From Candidatus Multivorans sp. (GTDB lineage: Bacteria; Acidobacteriota; Thermoanaerobaculia; Multivoradales; Multivoraceae): DNA of 64,000 bases. Every line of letters begins with the position of its first letter. Position 1 is the stretch's first letter. Below, in pieces: positions 1 through 11,254 of this stretch. Below the pieces are notes generated by a model. The model saw only the letters and a program-made list of their open reading frames with translations, searched no databases and was not told the DNA's origin. The stretch spans positions 3,168,001 to 3,232,000 of the forward strand of contig OZ251997.1 in NCBI GenBank assembly GCA_965247095.1, read 5' to 3'. The position numbers and the translations under genes are program-made.

Positions 1-110
1 CCCCCGGTGCCCCGGATCAGCAGCAGCAGGTTGTAGACGACGAGGCCGACGACCAGGAGGTCGACCAGATCCCTCCAACCTAGAAGCCCGAGCGGCTGTG
101 CCAAGTCCAT
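1..110 (-). CDS. cdaA: Diadenylate cyclase CdaA/DacA, N-terminal part (runs off window)
   Basis: Manual translation MDLAQPLGLLGWRDLVDLLVVGLVVYNLLLLIRGTG matches the CdaA first TM helix pattern (D..V....Y.LL.LIRGT); lies downstream of ftsH as is common. Confidence 0.75.
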   Translation of the reverse strand, partial: MDLAQPLGLLGWRDLVDLLVVGLVVYNLLLLIRGTG

Positions 111-149
111 CGCGCTCCGATCACCGTGGACGGTCGCCGCTGCGAATCT

Positions 150-2147
<1,998 letters not shown>

Positions 2148-2299
2148 CTACTTCCAAACCTGCTCATTCACCTTCAGTCCTGCCTGTCGACGTTTCGGTC
2201 CTCGCTCATCCACGTTCGGTCGTCCTCATCGCGGAGTGACAACCACGCTCCGGCCGGCGAGATTCCTGTCCCGCAGGCAGCCGGACTGCAACAAGACTG

Positions 2300-3349
2300 T
2301 CACTCCGTCCCCGGTTCTTCAAGCAATTCAATTCTTTGATCCATAGCGAACGAAGGGCGCCGCAGCACTCTGAGCCGGTCGCGGCGCTGCTCCCAGCGCC
2401 AGCCGTCGCCGCAGTCGCAGCCGACGGACGCGCCGGTCTTGTGGCGCTGCCCGAGCTGCCGTTGCAACTCGCGCCGAGCCGCCCGCGTCGGCGGGTAGGG
2501 CGCACCGGCCAGGCGGTGAAGGCGGGCGAGCGCGGCCGGCCAGAGCGTCGGCGGCAGCCGGGTCAGGGCACAGGTGTCGATCTCGCAGCTCTGGCGGCCG
2601 GTCCGCGGTTCGAGAGCCTCGTCGAGCAACCGGCGAACGGTCGGCTCGGCGCCCTGGGCGGCCCGGGCCAGACGGCTCAGCCGGGCGGCGAGGTCCGGCG
2701 TCTCGGCCGCGAGAAGCGGCAGCAGGCGGCGGCGCACGAAGTTGCGGCGCGGTCCCGGGGCACGGTTCGTCGGGTCGTCGACCGGGCGCGTCCCCTGGTC
2801 GGTCACATAGCGGCGGAGAGGCCCGGGCTCGATGTCGAGCAAGGGCCGGAGCAACGGCAGGCCGAGGCGGTTCGATGCCGGGCGCATCGCGGCGAGACCG
2901 GCGGCGCCGCTACCGAAGAGAATGCGCAGCAGCACGGTCTCGGCCTGGTCCAGCCGGTGATGCGCGGTGACGATCGCCGCGGCGTCCAAGGACCGCGCCG
3001 CCGCGGTCAGGAGCCGGTAGCGCTCGGCGCGGGCCCACTCCTCGATGCTCCAGCCCGGCGGCATCTCTTCAGCGACCCTGAGTTCGAAGGCAACCCCGAG
3101 ATCATCGGCGATGCGTCGCGCCGCACGGGCGCGCCGGCCCGATCCCTCGTCGAGCCGGTGGTCGACGTGGACGGCGCTGGGCCTGAAGGCGAATCGGGAG
3201 GCGCAGGCGCGCAGGGCGATCAGCAGCGCGGACGAATCCGGTCCCCCGGAGAAGGCGACGACGAGCGCGGATCCGCGGATCGCACGGGTCAGTTCGGGAC
3301 GCCGCGCGAAGAACCGGGCGACTGCCCGCTCGATGGGGTGCGAGGGCAA
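2300..3349 (-). CDS. tilS: tRNA(Ile)-lysidine synthetase
   Basis: PP-loop AFSGGPDS, HVDH, AHHRLDQAET, LRPLL, DDPTN..RN motifs; upstream of ftsH; start placed at TTG 3349 because the longer ORF overlaps a tRNA. Confidence 0.93.
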   Translation of the reverse strand: MPSHPIERAVARFFARRPELTRAIRGSALVVAFSGGPDSSALLIALRACASRFAFRPSAVHVDHRLDEGSGRRARAARRIADDLGVAFELRVAEEMPPGWSIEEWARAERYRLLTAAARSLDAAAIVTAHHRLDQAETVLLRILFGSGAAGLAAMRPASNRLGLPLLRPLLDIEPGPLRRYVTDQGTRPVDDPTNRAPGPRRNFVRRRLLPLLAAETPDLAARLSRLARAAQGAEPTVRRLLDEALEPRTGRQSCEIDTCALTRLPPTLWPAALARLHRLAGAPYPPTRAARRELQRQLGQRHKTGASVGCDCGDGWRWEQRRDRLRVLRRPSFAMDQRIELLEEPGTE

Positions 3350-3353
3350 CGGA

Positions 3354-3430
3354 TGGTGGCGGTGGAGGGACTCGAACCCCCGACGCAGCGGATATGAGCC
3401 GCTTGCTCTAACCGGCTGAGCTACACCGCC
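3354..3430 (-). tRNA. tRNA with CAT anticodon, most likely elongator tRNA-Met
   Basis: GGCGGTGTAGCTCAGCCGGTTAGAGCAAGCGGCT-CAT-ATCCGCTGCGTCGGGGGTTCGAGTCCCTCCACCGCCACCA; cloverleaf, encoded CCA; GGCGG acceptor stem resembles elongator Met rather than Ile2 or fMet. Confidence 0.93.
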
Positions 3431-3508
3431 CAATCGACGCGGAACCCTACCGGAATCCATACCGGTCTCGGCATTGCGGCCCGTCCCCCGAACGCGAACG
3501 TTGGCCGC

Positions 3509-3880
3509 TCAGGGGGACCGTTTGCGCAGGGAGTTCTGGCAGCTTCGGAACTGGCCGAAGAAACTGCGCATCGACTCGGAGAGCGCCTCGTCGTTCAACC
3601 GGTAGATCACGTTCTGGCCGCGCCGCTGGTCGATCACCAGGTCGGCCTCCTTGAGCACTGAGAGGTGCCTGGAGATGGTCGGCTGGGAGAGTTCGAACTC
3701 GCCGACGATGTCACCGACGCAACGTTGCTCGTCTTCGAGCAGCCGCAGTATGTCCTGCCGCGTTGAGTCCGAGAGGGCCTTGAAGACCTTCGTCATTCTC
3801 CGGGAGCGACGGTGCCGGGGTTCGAGTCCGCTCAGCGAACCGCCGAGGCGTACGGATCGAGGTTCTGTGCTGTGTTCCAC
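3509..3880 (-). CDS. ArsR/SmtB family transcriptional regulator
   Basis: VFKALSDSTRQDILRLL...LSQPTISRHLSVLKEADLV...RRGQNVIYRLN; GTG start at 3880 has a GGAGG RBS (alternative ATG at 3796). Confidence 0.92.
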   Translation of the reverse strand: MEHSTEPRSVRLGGSLSGLEPRHRRSRRMTKVFKALSDSTRQDILRLLEDEQRCVGDIVGEFELSQPTISRHLSVLKEADLVIDQRRGQNVIYRLNDEALSESMRSFFGQFRSCQNSLRKRSP

Positions 3881-4060
3881 GGTCTCAGACCTCCAGTTAG
3901 TTCGGTCCTTGCCTGGCTCCGCCCTTTTTCCTGGCCCGGGGGCCCGGCAGACGGTGGGGCCACGGGGCCCAACGACCAAACGGCTAATGAACAGTTGCCC
4001 ATTATGACATAAGTTCCGCTCCACGTCTCGTGGAAAGAGGTCCGATGCGCCGCGAACACT

Positions 4061-4750
4061 TCAGGCCCTTGAGTTGAGCCTTCCCGGCACCTCCAGACCC
4101 CTGCTCCGCAGTTCCCGCCGCATGCGGCTGATCACCATCGCGACGGTAGCCGGCGCCAGCTCGACGGCGCTGGCGGCCTCGTGGGAACTCCAACCGTCCA
4201 CCACCATGCGCTCGGTGATCCAGGTGTCCCGGAGGCCTGTGGTGCGCTCACTCGCGACGCACCAGCATTCGCGCCGGAACCGGTACCGGAGTTCCTGGAC
4301 GTAGATGTCGTTGAACTGGCTTGTGGCCGCCCTCGGCAACTCCAACCGGTCGTTTTCGTCGGCCAGCCCTTCCCGGAGATCGATGTTCAGCTCGGCGGCG
4401 GGGTCGCGCTTGAGCGCCCGGCGGGCGCGTAGCCAGTCGACCAGAGCGCTGCGCGCGACGCTGCGCAGGTAGGACATGATCGTCGACTCCGTACGCCCCT
4501 TGCATCCGCGCAGCACCCGGCGGTTGTTCTGTAGCAGGCGGACGTAGGTCTCCTGGATGACTTCGTCCACGAGGTCGCGGGTCAAGCGCAGGCCGTAGCT
4601 TCGCCCCAACCCGACGAGCATGCAGCGCAGCGCCGGTTCGACTCGCTGGACCACGGGCGCCCAGTCGCCGTCGGGGGCGGCGCACCCGCGCCAGAGGATT
4701 GGAAATTCCTGCGACTCTTCGCACTCACGTTCATTGGTCTTTGGGTTCAT
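4061..4750 (-). CDS. ECF-type sigma-70 factor
   Basis: Region 2 pattern VDEVIQETYVRL...YLRSVARSALVDWLRAR; C-terminal region 4-like GWSSHEAASAVELAPATVAMVISRMRREL. Confidence 0.75.
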   Translation of the reverse strand: MNPKTNERECEESQEFPILWRGCAAPDGDWAPVVQRVEPALRCMLVGLGRSYGLRLTRDLVDEVIQETYVRLLQNNRRVLRGCKGRTESTIMSYLRSVARSALVDWLRARRALKRDPAAELNIDLREGLADENDRLELPRAATSQFNDIYVQELRYRFRRECWCVASERTTGLRDTWITERMVVDGWSSHEAASAVELAPATVAMVISRMRRELRSRGLEVPGRLNSRA

Positions 4751-5104
4751 CTTCCGCTCCAAGAAGGAGGAGCGGAGACACCCAAGGGGCAGTCCGGGGG
4801 AACCTGGGCGGTCCAGCCGGGACGGCCTTACCCACGAGTCGGCAAGGGCCGGCGAGCGTAGCACTCTCCGCGGCCTGATGGGAGACCTGGAGAGCCGGAA
4901 TTTGTTGCGCGCCGCTTCGCGGCCGTGGCCCAGACGCAGGCCAGAAGGCCCGCGCAACGGCCGGCGCAGGCAGGGATGCGCCTTCGGCGCCCTAGGAGTC
5001 GAGTCGCGGCGTCCGCGCCGCGCTGACGCACAGGAACATGGCTTGTTCCATGCAAGTACCCACAGCGGTATCGCTGCGCTGTCGCGCAGGGAACGACGCG
5101 GCGT

Positions 5105-5136
5105 CCGGATGCGGGCAGGATGCCCGCGTTCCCAGG
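5105..5136 (+). repeat. REP-like family A, short form (single hairpin)
   Basis: CCGGATGCGGGCAGGATGCCCGCGTTCCCAGG; reverse complement is identical to 32851-32882. Confidence 0.85.
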
Positions 5137-5204
5137 AGCTTGTTCCATGCAAGCGTGCGCCACAGAACATGGGGGGTATGCCGATCTCCGTGCCGCGCAC
5201 GCTG

Positions 5205-5360
5205 CTAGCGCATCTTCTCTTCGACGAACTCGACGTGTCGCCGGATCTTCGGGTCGTACTTCTTGAGCCTCAGCTTCTCACGGCTGAGCTTCTTGTTCTT
5301 CGTCGTCGTGTAGAAGTACCCGGTACCAGCGCTTGATACGAGCTTGATCTTTTCACTCAC
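5205..5360 (-). CDS. rpmG: 50S ribosomal protein L33 (no-Cys form)
   Basis: [24 protein letters not shown]...[23 protein letters not shown]. Confidence 0.97.
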   Translation of the reverse strand: MSEKIKLVSSAGTGYFYTTTKNKKLSREKLRLKKYDPKIRRHVEFVEEKMR

Positions 5361-5427
5361 GTGGTGGTCACCTCTGATGAAACCCGGTGGCGAAGGGGAA
5401 GGGCGAAGGGGATAGGGCGGAGCGGAA

Positions 5428-5504
5428 TGGCGGGGCCGACGGGACTCGAACCCGCGACCTCCGGCGTGACAGGCCGGCATTCTAACCAGCTGAACTACGA
5501 CCCC
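5428..5504 (-). tRNA. tRNA-Asp(GTC)
   Basis: GGGGTCGTAGTTCAGCTGGTTAGAATGCCGGCCT-GTC-ACGCCGGAGGTCGCGGGTTCGAGTCCCGTCGGCCCCGCCA. Confidence 0.97.
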
Positions 5505-5610
5505 GTTGGTGTCCGTTTCCTCTTTCTCGCTATCTGAGTCGTCCTTCCTGGCCGCCGCAGCGGCACTGACTTCGGCACTTCTCCTGTTGGCGCGTACTGC
5601 AGAACCTCCA

Positions 5611-5685
5611 TGGTGGGAGGTGAGGGATTCGAACCCGCGACCCCCTGCGTGTAAAGCAGGTGCTCTACCCCTGAGCTAACCTCCC
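5611..5685 (-). tRNA. tRNA-Val(TAC)
   Basis: GGGAGGTTAGCTCAGGGGTAGAGCACCTGCTT-TAC-ACGCAGGGGGTCGCGGGTTCGAATCCCTCACCTCCCACCA. Confidence 0.97.
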
Positions 5686-5831
5686 CGGCACCGACCCTCC
5701 GGCCGCCCGGCGGACATCGCAGGCCGCGCGATCTTAGGGCAGGCGCGGGACATCGTCAACGAAGAGCAAGGCCGCGTCACTCCGTGGCACAATCGCCCCG
5801 CCTAACCACCTTCTCACAGGAGTACCCGACC

Positions 5832-6431
5832 ATGCACGAAGTTCCGGATCTCGTATACCCGTTCGACGCGCTCGAGCCCCACATCGACGCGCGGACGATG
5901 GAGATACACCACGACAAGCACCACGCCGTCTACGTGGCGAACCTCAACGCGGCGCTGGACGGCCACCCGAATCTCGCCGCCATGAGCGTCGAGAACCTGC
6001 TCAGAAACATCGCCGACGTGCCCGACGCGATCCGCGGCGCGGTCCGCAACCACGGTGGCGGCCACGCCAACCACTCGCTCTTCTGGTCGGTCATGGGCCC
6101 GGGCGCCGGCGGTGCCCCCAGCGACGACCTGGCGACCGCGATCAACATCCGGTTCGGCAGCTTCGACCAGTTCCGGGAACGCTTCAAGGGCGTCGCGATG
6201 GGCCAGTTCGGCAGCGGCTGGGGTTGGCTCGTGACCAGCGACGACGGCCTCGCCGTGATCGCGCGCCCGAACCAGGATTCGCCGTTGATGGAGGGGTTGA
6301 CTCCCCTGCTCGGCGTCGACGTGTGGGAGCACGCCTACTACCTGAACTACCAGAACCGGCGGCCGGACTACCTGGACGCGTTCTGGAACGTCGTCGACTG
6401 GGATGCCGTGTCGGAGCGGTTCAGGGGATAG
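5832..6431 (+). CDS. sodA: Fe/Mn superoxide dismutase, Mn-type signature
   Basis: [23 protein letters not shown]. Confidence 0.95.
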   Translation: MHEVPDLVYPFDALEPHIDARTMEIHHDKHHAVYVANLNAALDGHPNLAAMSVENLLRNIADVPDAIRGAVRNHGGGHANHSLFWSVMGPGAGGAPSDDLATAINIRFGSFDQFRERFKGVAMGQFGSGWGWLVTSDDGLAVIARPNQDSPLMEGLTPLLGVDVWEHAYYLNYQNRRPDYLDAFWNVVDWDAVSERFRG

Positions 6432-6464
6432 GGCGTTACCAAGCCAGGCCGGATGCGGGCGAGG

Positions 6465-8180
6465 TTACTGAGCGACCAGGCCGGACGTGCGGCTCTGGCC
6501 CTGCCCGTCCAGGTCGCGGCGCTGCTCGAGGAGGTCTTCCGCTTCGTCGAGTAGTTCGATGGCGCGGGCGAGCTGGTTGTCCAGTTCCGTCCCGGCCTTG
6601 AATCCCTCGGTCAGGCCGAACCTGGTGTTGAAGATCTCGTAGCGGAGGCGGACCCGGGCGTAGCGCTCCACTTCCGGATCCTCCAGGGCCTCTTCGAGTT
6701 CCTCGGCTGTGGTGAGATCCTCTTCGACGACCCATTCCCAGAAGCGCTGGAGGTACTCGTCCGACACCTGCCAGTCGGTCGATTCGACATCTTCCGGGTT
6801 GCCCGCCTCGAACGGGAAACGGTGGAAGCCGCTCCGCGCCTGCAGGCGCCAGATGACGGCCGGCGGCTCGTCCTGCTCGACCACGTAGTCCGGGGTCACT
6901 CCGCCGCCGCCGAAGACCTCGCGGCCGAGGTCCGTGTAGAAGACGGGACGCTCCTCCCGCGAAGGAGGCTCCAGGTCGAGGAGCGGGATGCCGTCATCGT
7001 CGCCTAGGTGGCTCTTGATGAGTGCCTTGATCTGCTGGGCAGTGGCCATGTCTTCCGCCTCATCCTCCCCGTTGGCGCCGTTCGCGTCGTACTCGGTGAG
7101 GTAGTCCCAGTACGAGGAGTAGTCACGCTGGATCAACCTTCCGGCCGGCGTGTAGTACCGGGCCGTGGTCAGTGCGAGCCCGGCGCCGTAGGACAGCTCG
7201 TAGACGGTCTGCACGAGACCCTTGCCCCAGGTCGACGCGCCCACCACCAGACCGATGTCGTGATCCTGGATGGCGCCCGAGACGATCTCGGAGGCGGAAG
7301 CGGAGCCGCGGTCGACGAGCACCACGATCGGCAGGCCGAGCGGCTCGTGTCTGCCGGTGGAGGTGTACGTCTGATGGGAACTGTCGATGCGGCCGCGGGT
7401 CTCGACGATCGTGCTGCCGGGGGGCACGAACTGGTCGGAGACCTCGATCGCCTGATCGAGCAGACCGCCGCCGTTGTCCCGGAGGTCGAGAATCAACCGC
7501 TCCATGCCCTGCGCCCGGAGATCGGCCAGGGCGCGGGCGAGCTCGCCGCCGGTGGAGCGGGAGAAGTCGGTCACCCACACGAAGCCGACGCCCGGCTTCA
7601 CCATGTGAGCGTGACGCACGGTTTCCTGCGGAATCTCGGCGCGGGTCACCGTAACCACCAGAGGCTCGTCGAGACCGGGACGCAGCAGGGTGACGGTGAC
7701 GTCGGTTCCCTTCGGGCCCTTGAGATTCCGGATCGCCTCGTTCGGGCTCATCTCCTCCGTCGGCTCGCCATCGATCAGATGGATGATGTCGCCGGCGCGG
7801 ATGCCCTTCCTGTAGCCCGGCGTGCCTTCGATCGGCGAGATGACGGTCAGACGGCCGTTGCGCGTTCCGACGTAGATGCCCAGACCGTAGAACGAACTCT
7901 GCTGCCGTTCCCGCATCGAGTCGTAGGCCACCGGCGGCAGGAAGCTGGTGTGCGGATCGAGGCTGCGCAGCATGCCGCCGATCGAGGCGTAGATCAGGTC
8001 GCGGTAGGCGACATCGGGAACGGCGTAGTGCGCGTGCGCCGCCTCGACCAGGTCGGTGTACTCGCGAATGGGCGCGAACTCGCCGCTGGCCACAGCCAGG
8101 AGGTTGCCGCCGGCGACACCGCCGATGAGAACGGCCGCAACGAAGAGGACGAGTGCGAGGTTGCGCCAGGGTTTCTTCAC
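6465..8180 (-). CDS. S41 family carboxy-terminal processing protease
   Basis: Signal/anchor, LDPHT, PDZ (YGLGIYV), DLRDNGGGLL, SASASEI, WGKGLVQ, LTTARYYTP. Confidence 0.95.
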   Translation of the reverse strand: MKKPWRNLALVLFVAAVLIGGVAGGNLLAVASGEFAPIREYTDLVEAAHAHYAVPDVAYRDLIYASIGGMLRSLDPHTSFLPPVAYDSMRERQQSSFYGLGIYVGTRNGRLTVISPIEGTPGYRKGIRAGDIIHLIDGEPTEEMSPNEAIRNLKGPKGTDVTVTLLRPGLDEPLVVTVTRAEIPQETVRHAHMVKPGVGFVWVTDFSRSTGGELARALADLRAQGMERLILDLRDNGGGLLDQAIEVSDQFVPPGSTIVETRGRIDSSHQTYTSTGRHEPLGLPIVVLVDRGSASASEIVSGAIQDHDIGLVVGASTWGKGLVQTVYELSYGAGLALTTARYYTPAGRLIQRDYSSYWDYLTEYDANGANGEDEAEDMATAQQIKALIKSHLGDDDGIPLLDLEPPSREERPVFYTDLGREVFGGGGVTPDYVVEQDEPPAVIWRLQARSGFHRFPFEAGNPEDVESTDWQVSDEYLQRFWEWVVEEDLTTAEELEEALEDPEVERYARVRLRYEIFNTRFGLTEGFKAGTELDNQLARAIELLDEAEDLLEQRRDLDGQGQSRTSGLVAQ

Positions 8181-8304
8181 GAGTCTCCCGCGGTGAGCTG
8201 CGTCGGTCCGTCAGCCGCCCGGCAGGGCGAGCGGCGCGAATCAGGCATTGTACCAGCGAGCGAGCGCCGCACCGGCGCTTCCGGTTGGCGTATCATGCCG
8301 CCCC

Positions 8305-8628
8305 ATGTTCGGCCCGATTGGCATGCAGGAGATGCTCTTCATCATGGCGGCCGCTCTCCTCATCTTCGGCCCCAGGAAGCTGCCCGAGCTCGGCCGCACC
8401 CTCGGCCGGGGGATGGCCGAGTTTCGGCGCGCCACGAGCGACCTGAAACGCTCGATCGACGTCGAACTCGACGAGGAGAAGCAGCCCCCGCCGCCGCGCC
8501 GCATCGACAAGCCCTCCAAGACCACGAAACCCGCGGACGCGGACGACTCGAAGAAGGCGGCAGGCGCGGACGACTCGAAGAAGGCGGGCGAATCGGGCGC
8601 CCAGACGCCGAGTGACCCCGAAGTCTGA
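8305..8628 (+). CDS. Twin-arginine translocase TatA/TatB family subunit
   Basis: [39 protein letters not shown]; directly upstream of tatC; tail has a 27-nt tandem duplication (ADDSKKA twice). Confidence 0.93.
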   Translation: MFGPIGMQEMLFIMAAALLIFGPRKLPELGRTLGRGMAEFRRATSDLKRSIDVELDEEKQPPPPRRIDKPSKTTKPADADDSKKAAGADDSKKAGESGAQTPSDPEV

Positions 8629-9469
8629 CGAGCCCGATCCGGGCCAGCCGACCGAAGAGTCGGAACCGAAGCGGCTGCCCGCGACGCAGCCGTCCCGGAG
8701 GAAGTCCAAGGAGGACGAAGATCTTCCGCGGATGACGCTGCTCGAGCACCTCGACGAGCTGCGCCGCCGCATCCTGCGCACGCTCATCGTCGTGCTGGTG
8801 GCGTTCTTCGCCTGCTTCGCCTTCGCCGAGAACATCTACGAAGTGCTGGAACTGCCGATCAAGCCGCACGTCGAAAAGCTCTCGTTCCTCCGCATCACCG
8901 ATCCGTTCGTCGTCTACATCAAGGTCGCGTTGCTGGCCGCTGTGTTTCTCACTTCGCCCTACCTGGTGGCCCAGCTCTGGGGTTTCATCTCGCCGGGCCT
9001 CTACCGCCGCGAGAAGCGTTACGCGATCCCCTTCATCTTCTTCGGCTCGTTCTTCTTCCTGGGCGGCGGTCTGTTCGGGTACTTCATCGCCTTCCCCTTC
9101 GCGGTCGATTTCCTGATCAACCTCGGCGACAAGTTCGAGCCGGTGATCACGATCGACTTCTACCTCAACACGCTGATCAACATCCTGCTCGGCCTGGCGG
9201 TGATGTTCCAGCTCCCGATCGTCATCTTCATGCTGTCGCAACTCGGCGTGGTGACGCCGAAGTTCCTGATGCGGCACTTCCGCTGGGCGGTGCTCATCAT
9301 CGTCATCATCTCCGCAGCGATCACGCCGACGCCGGACGTGGTGAACATGACGATCGTGGCCGGCCCGACCCTGCTGCTCTACCTGCTCGGGGTCGGCGCC
9401 TCGGCTCTGGCGCAGAGCCGCCGCAAGCGAGTCCAAGAAGAGGCGGAAGATGAGTGGGCCGATAGCTAG
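8612..9469 (+). CDS. tatC: Twin-arginine translocase subunit TatC
   Basis: [39 protein letters not shown]. Confidence 0.97.
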   Translation: MTPKSDEPDPGQPTEESEPKRLPATQPSRRKSKEDEDLPRMTLLEHLDELRRRILRTLIVVLVAFFACFAFAENIYEVLELPIKPHVEKLSFLRITDPFVVYIKVALLAAVFLTSPYLVAQLWGFISPGLYRREKRYAIPFIFFGSFFFLGGGLFGYFIAFPFAVDFLINLGDKFEPVITIDFYLNTLINILLGLAVMFQLPIVIFMLSQLGVVTPKFLMRHFRWAVLIIVIISAAITPTPDVVNMTIVAGPTLLLYLLGVGASALAQSRRKRVQEEAEDEWADS

Positions 9470-11248
9470 TGTCCGCCAGAAAACCCCCGTTCCGCTGGGT
9501 TTCGAGCGTTTCGGATTGGTCCGGGAGGTTGTTTCTGGGCGGGAATAGTCGGCTGCGGGGCTTCTGAGGAGCGGCGCAGCGGCATCGGCGGGTCGGCAGC
9601 CGGGATTCGCGCCGGATTCGGAGGGTTGAGGCACGGCGGCGCCTCCCGTTTCGAGCGGGAAGGCGGCGCCGCGCGTTGTGCAAGCTGCCGTGGCGGTCAG
9701 GCGGCGCGTCGTCGTCGTTTGCGTTCGCGTGCTTGCAGCATTCGGCCGAGGCGGTGCAGGTTGGCCGCGAGCTCCGAGAGGGCGACAGTGCGCTCGAAGC
9801 CGTCGGCGCCGCAGCTTCGGACACGGTCGAGGCCGCGATGCTCCAGAGCGTTGATGGCCGACTCGACTGCCGGATGCGCACGCCGTGCGGCGGCGAAGGC
9901 TTCACCGTTCTCCCGCTCCCGATCGGCGCGAGACAGATACCCCTTCTTCGGCAGGACGTTGAGATCAAGAATCTGGTCAAGCCGGATGCGGTTCTCCGAA
10001 CTGTGGAAACCTCGGTCGAAGCTGCACGCCCGCAGGTCCGGGAACCGCTCCTGGGCCGCCCTCACCAGCGGCACTGCCGCATCGACGTCCTCGCCGTGCC
10101 ACAGCACCTCGTGGTGAAGGATGAACCGATACTGGTCCTCGATCAGCGCCACCGGGACTCCGAGCTCCACCGGCGTGCCCGCCTTGCCCTTCGAGACCCA
10201 TCGCGTGTGCGGCTCGAAGATCGAGAAGACCTTCTCCCGATGAGGAATCGTCTCGCCCAGAAGCAGCCGGCGCTCGACCTGCTCCATCTGACGCCGAGCA
10301 TGAGCGATGAAGCCCTCGATCGATTCGCAGGCGGCTTCGTTGCCTGCGTTCCGCAGCGCCTCGACAGTGCGCGTCGCCCGCGCCACCAGCTCGCCGCACT
10401 GCGCCAAGTACGCCTTCACACGGGCCGGAAACCGCTTCGCCCGGCGCGTCCCACGCACCTTGTGGAACAGCCTGCGCACCAACCTCGACTGATACCGCCA
10501 CTGACGCCAGCCGCCGATGCCGTGCCTCCCTGCCGACCGACCGGTCTCCCGCACAAGGCGCCGCATCGCATCCCACAGCAGATTCACGTCCGTCGGGTAA
10601 TGCACGTCCGTCTCGACCACGAACGAGTCACACCGCCCGCGCAACGGCTCGCCAGGCTTTTTTCGCGCGACCGCATGGCCGCTTTCCACCACCAATCTGC
10701 CCACCTCGGACAATAGCGCCGGCGTCAACAGACACACGTTGTCCACCACCGTCTGGTACTCGTAGTACGACTTGTCGCCGAACTCGGCGTGACCCAGGAA
10801 CGCCCGCACGGTCGCGTGCTGGTTGGCCAACTCCTGAAGCCGGTCGAAGTCGCAGCCCAGACCCTGCTTCAGCACCCCCAACACCAGAATCCGCCACAAC
10901 TCCATGCCCGGACGACCAACCTGCCGGTCCGTCCCCGGCAGCACATGCGCGTCCAGCAGCTTGAACAGACGAGCCCGCAACTCCTCGTTGCACCAGAGGT
11001 GCTGAAGACCCTTCAACACCGCCGGAATGTCGTCCCGAGACTTCGGGTCGATCCAGATCTCCCCGATCGGCGCCTGACCGACCTTGAACTGCCGACTTTG
11101 CACCTCCCTCATCGCCCCACCTCCCCGAAGATGACCCGAAACGGACCGATTTCGACGAAAAGGCTATCCGATGACGACTATCTTCCCCCTACAGAACCCT
11201 CGGAAAGACCTGTAAACTCAATGGCTTGCTGGGTTTTCTGGCGGACAC
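9469..11248 (-). mobile_element. Insertion sequence (ISNCY/IS5-like DDE), copy 1
   Basis: Terminal inverted repeats GTGTCCGCCAGAAAAC, flanked by TA on both sides; single transposase ORF. Confidence 0.92.
9697..11112 (-). CDS. DDE transposase (ISNCY/IS5-like)
   Basis: GRPGMELWRIL, DSFVVETDVHYPTD, KVFSIFEPHT..KGK, SFDRGF, VESAINALE. Confidence 0.93.
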   Translation of the reverse strand: MREVQSRQFKVGQAPIGEIWIDPKSRDDIPAVLKGLQHLWCNEELRARLFKLLDAHVLPGTDRQVGRPGMELWRILVLGVLKQGLGCDFDRLQELANQHATVRAFLGHAEFGDKSYYEYQTVVDNVCLLTPALLSEVGRLVVESGHAVARKKPGEPLRGRCDSFVVETDVHYPTDVNLLWDAMRRLVRETGRSAGRHGIGGWRQWRYQSRLVRRLFHKVRGTRRAKRFPARVKAYLAQCGELVARATRTVEALRNAGNEAACESIEGFIAHARRQMEQVERRLLLGETIPHREKVFSIFEPHTRWVSKGKAGTPVELGVPVALIEDQYRFILHHEVLWHGEDVDAAVPLVRAAQERFPDLRACSFDRGFHSSENRIRLDQILDLNVLPKKGYLSRADRERENGEAFAAARRAHPAVESAINALEHRGLDRVRSCGADGFERTVALSELAANLHRLGRMLQARERKRRRRAA

Positions 11249-11254
11249 TAGTTA

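Noticed and set aside
3810-3845. GGGGTTCGAGTCC resembling a tRNA T-arm
   Set aside because: No acceptor or anticodon stems; lies antisense within the ArsR N-terminal coding region
5138-5165. Possible sigma-54 promoter TGGCGCACGCTTGCA on the minus strand
   Set aside because: GG to GC spacing is one base short of the required -24/-12 spacing
8538-8587. 27-nt tandem duplication in tatA/B
   Set aside because: Ordinary slippage in a disordered tail; two units only
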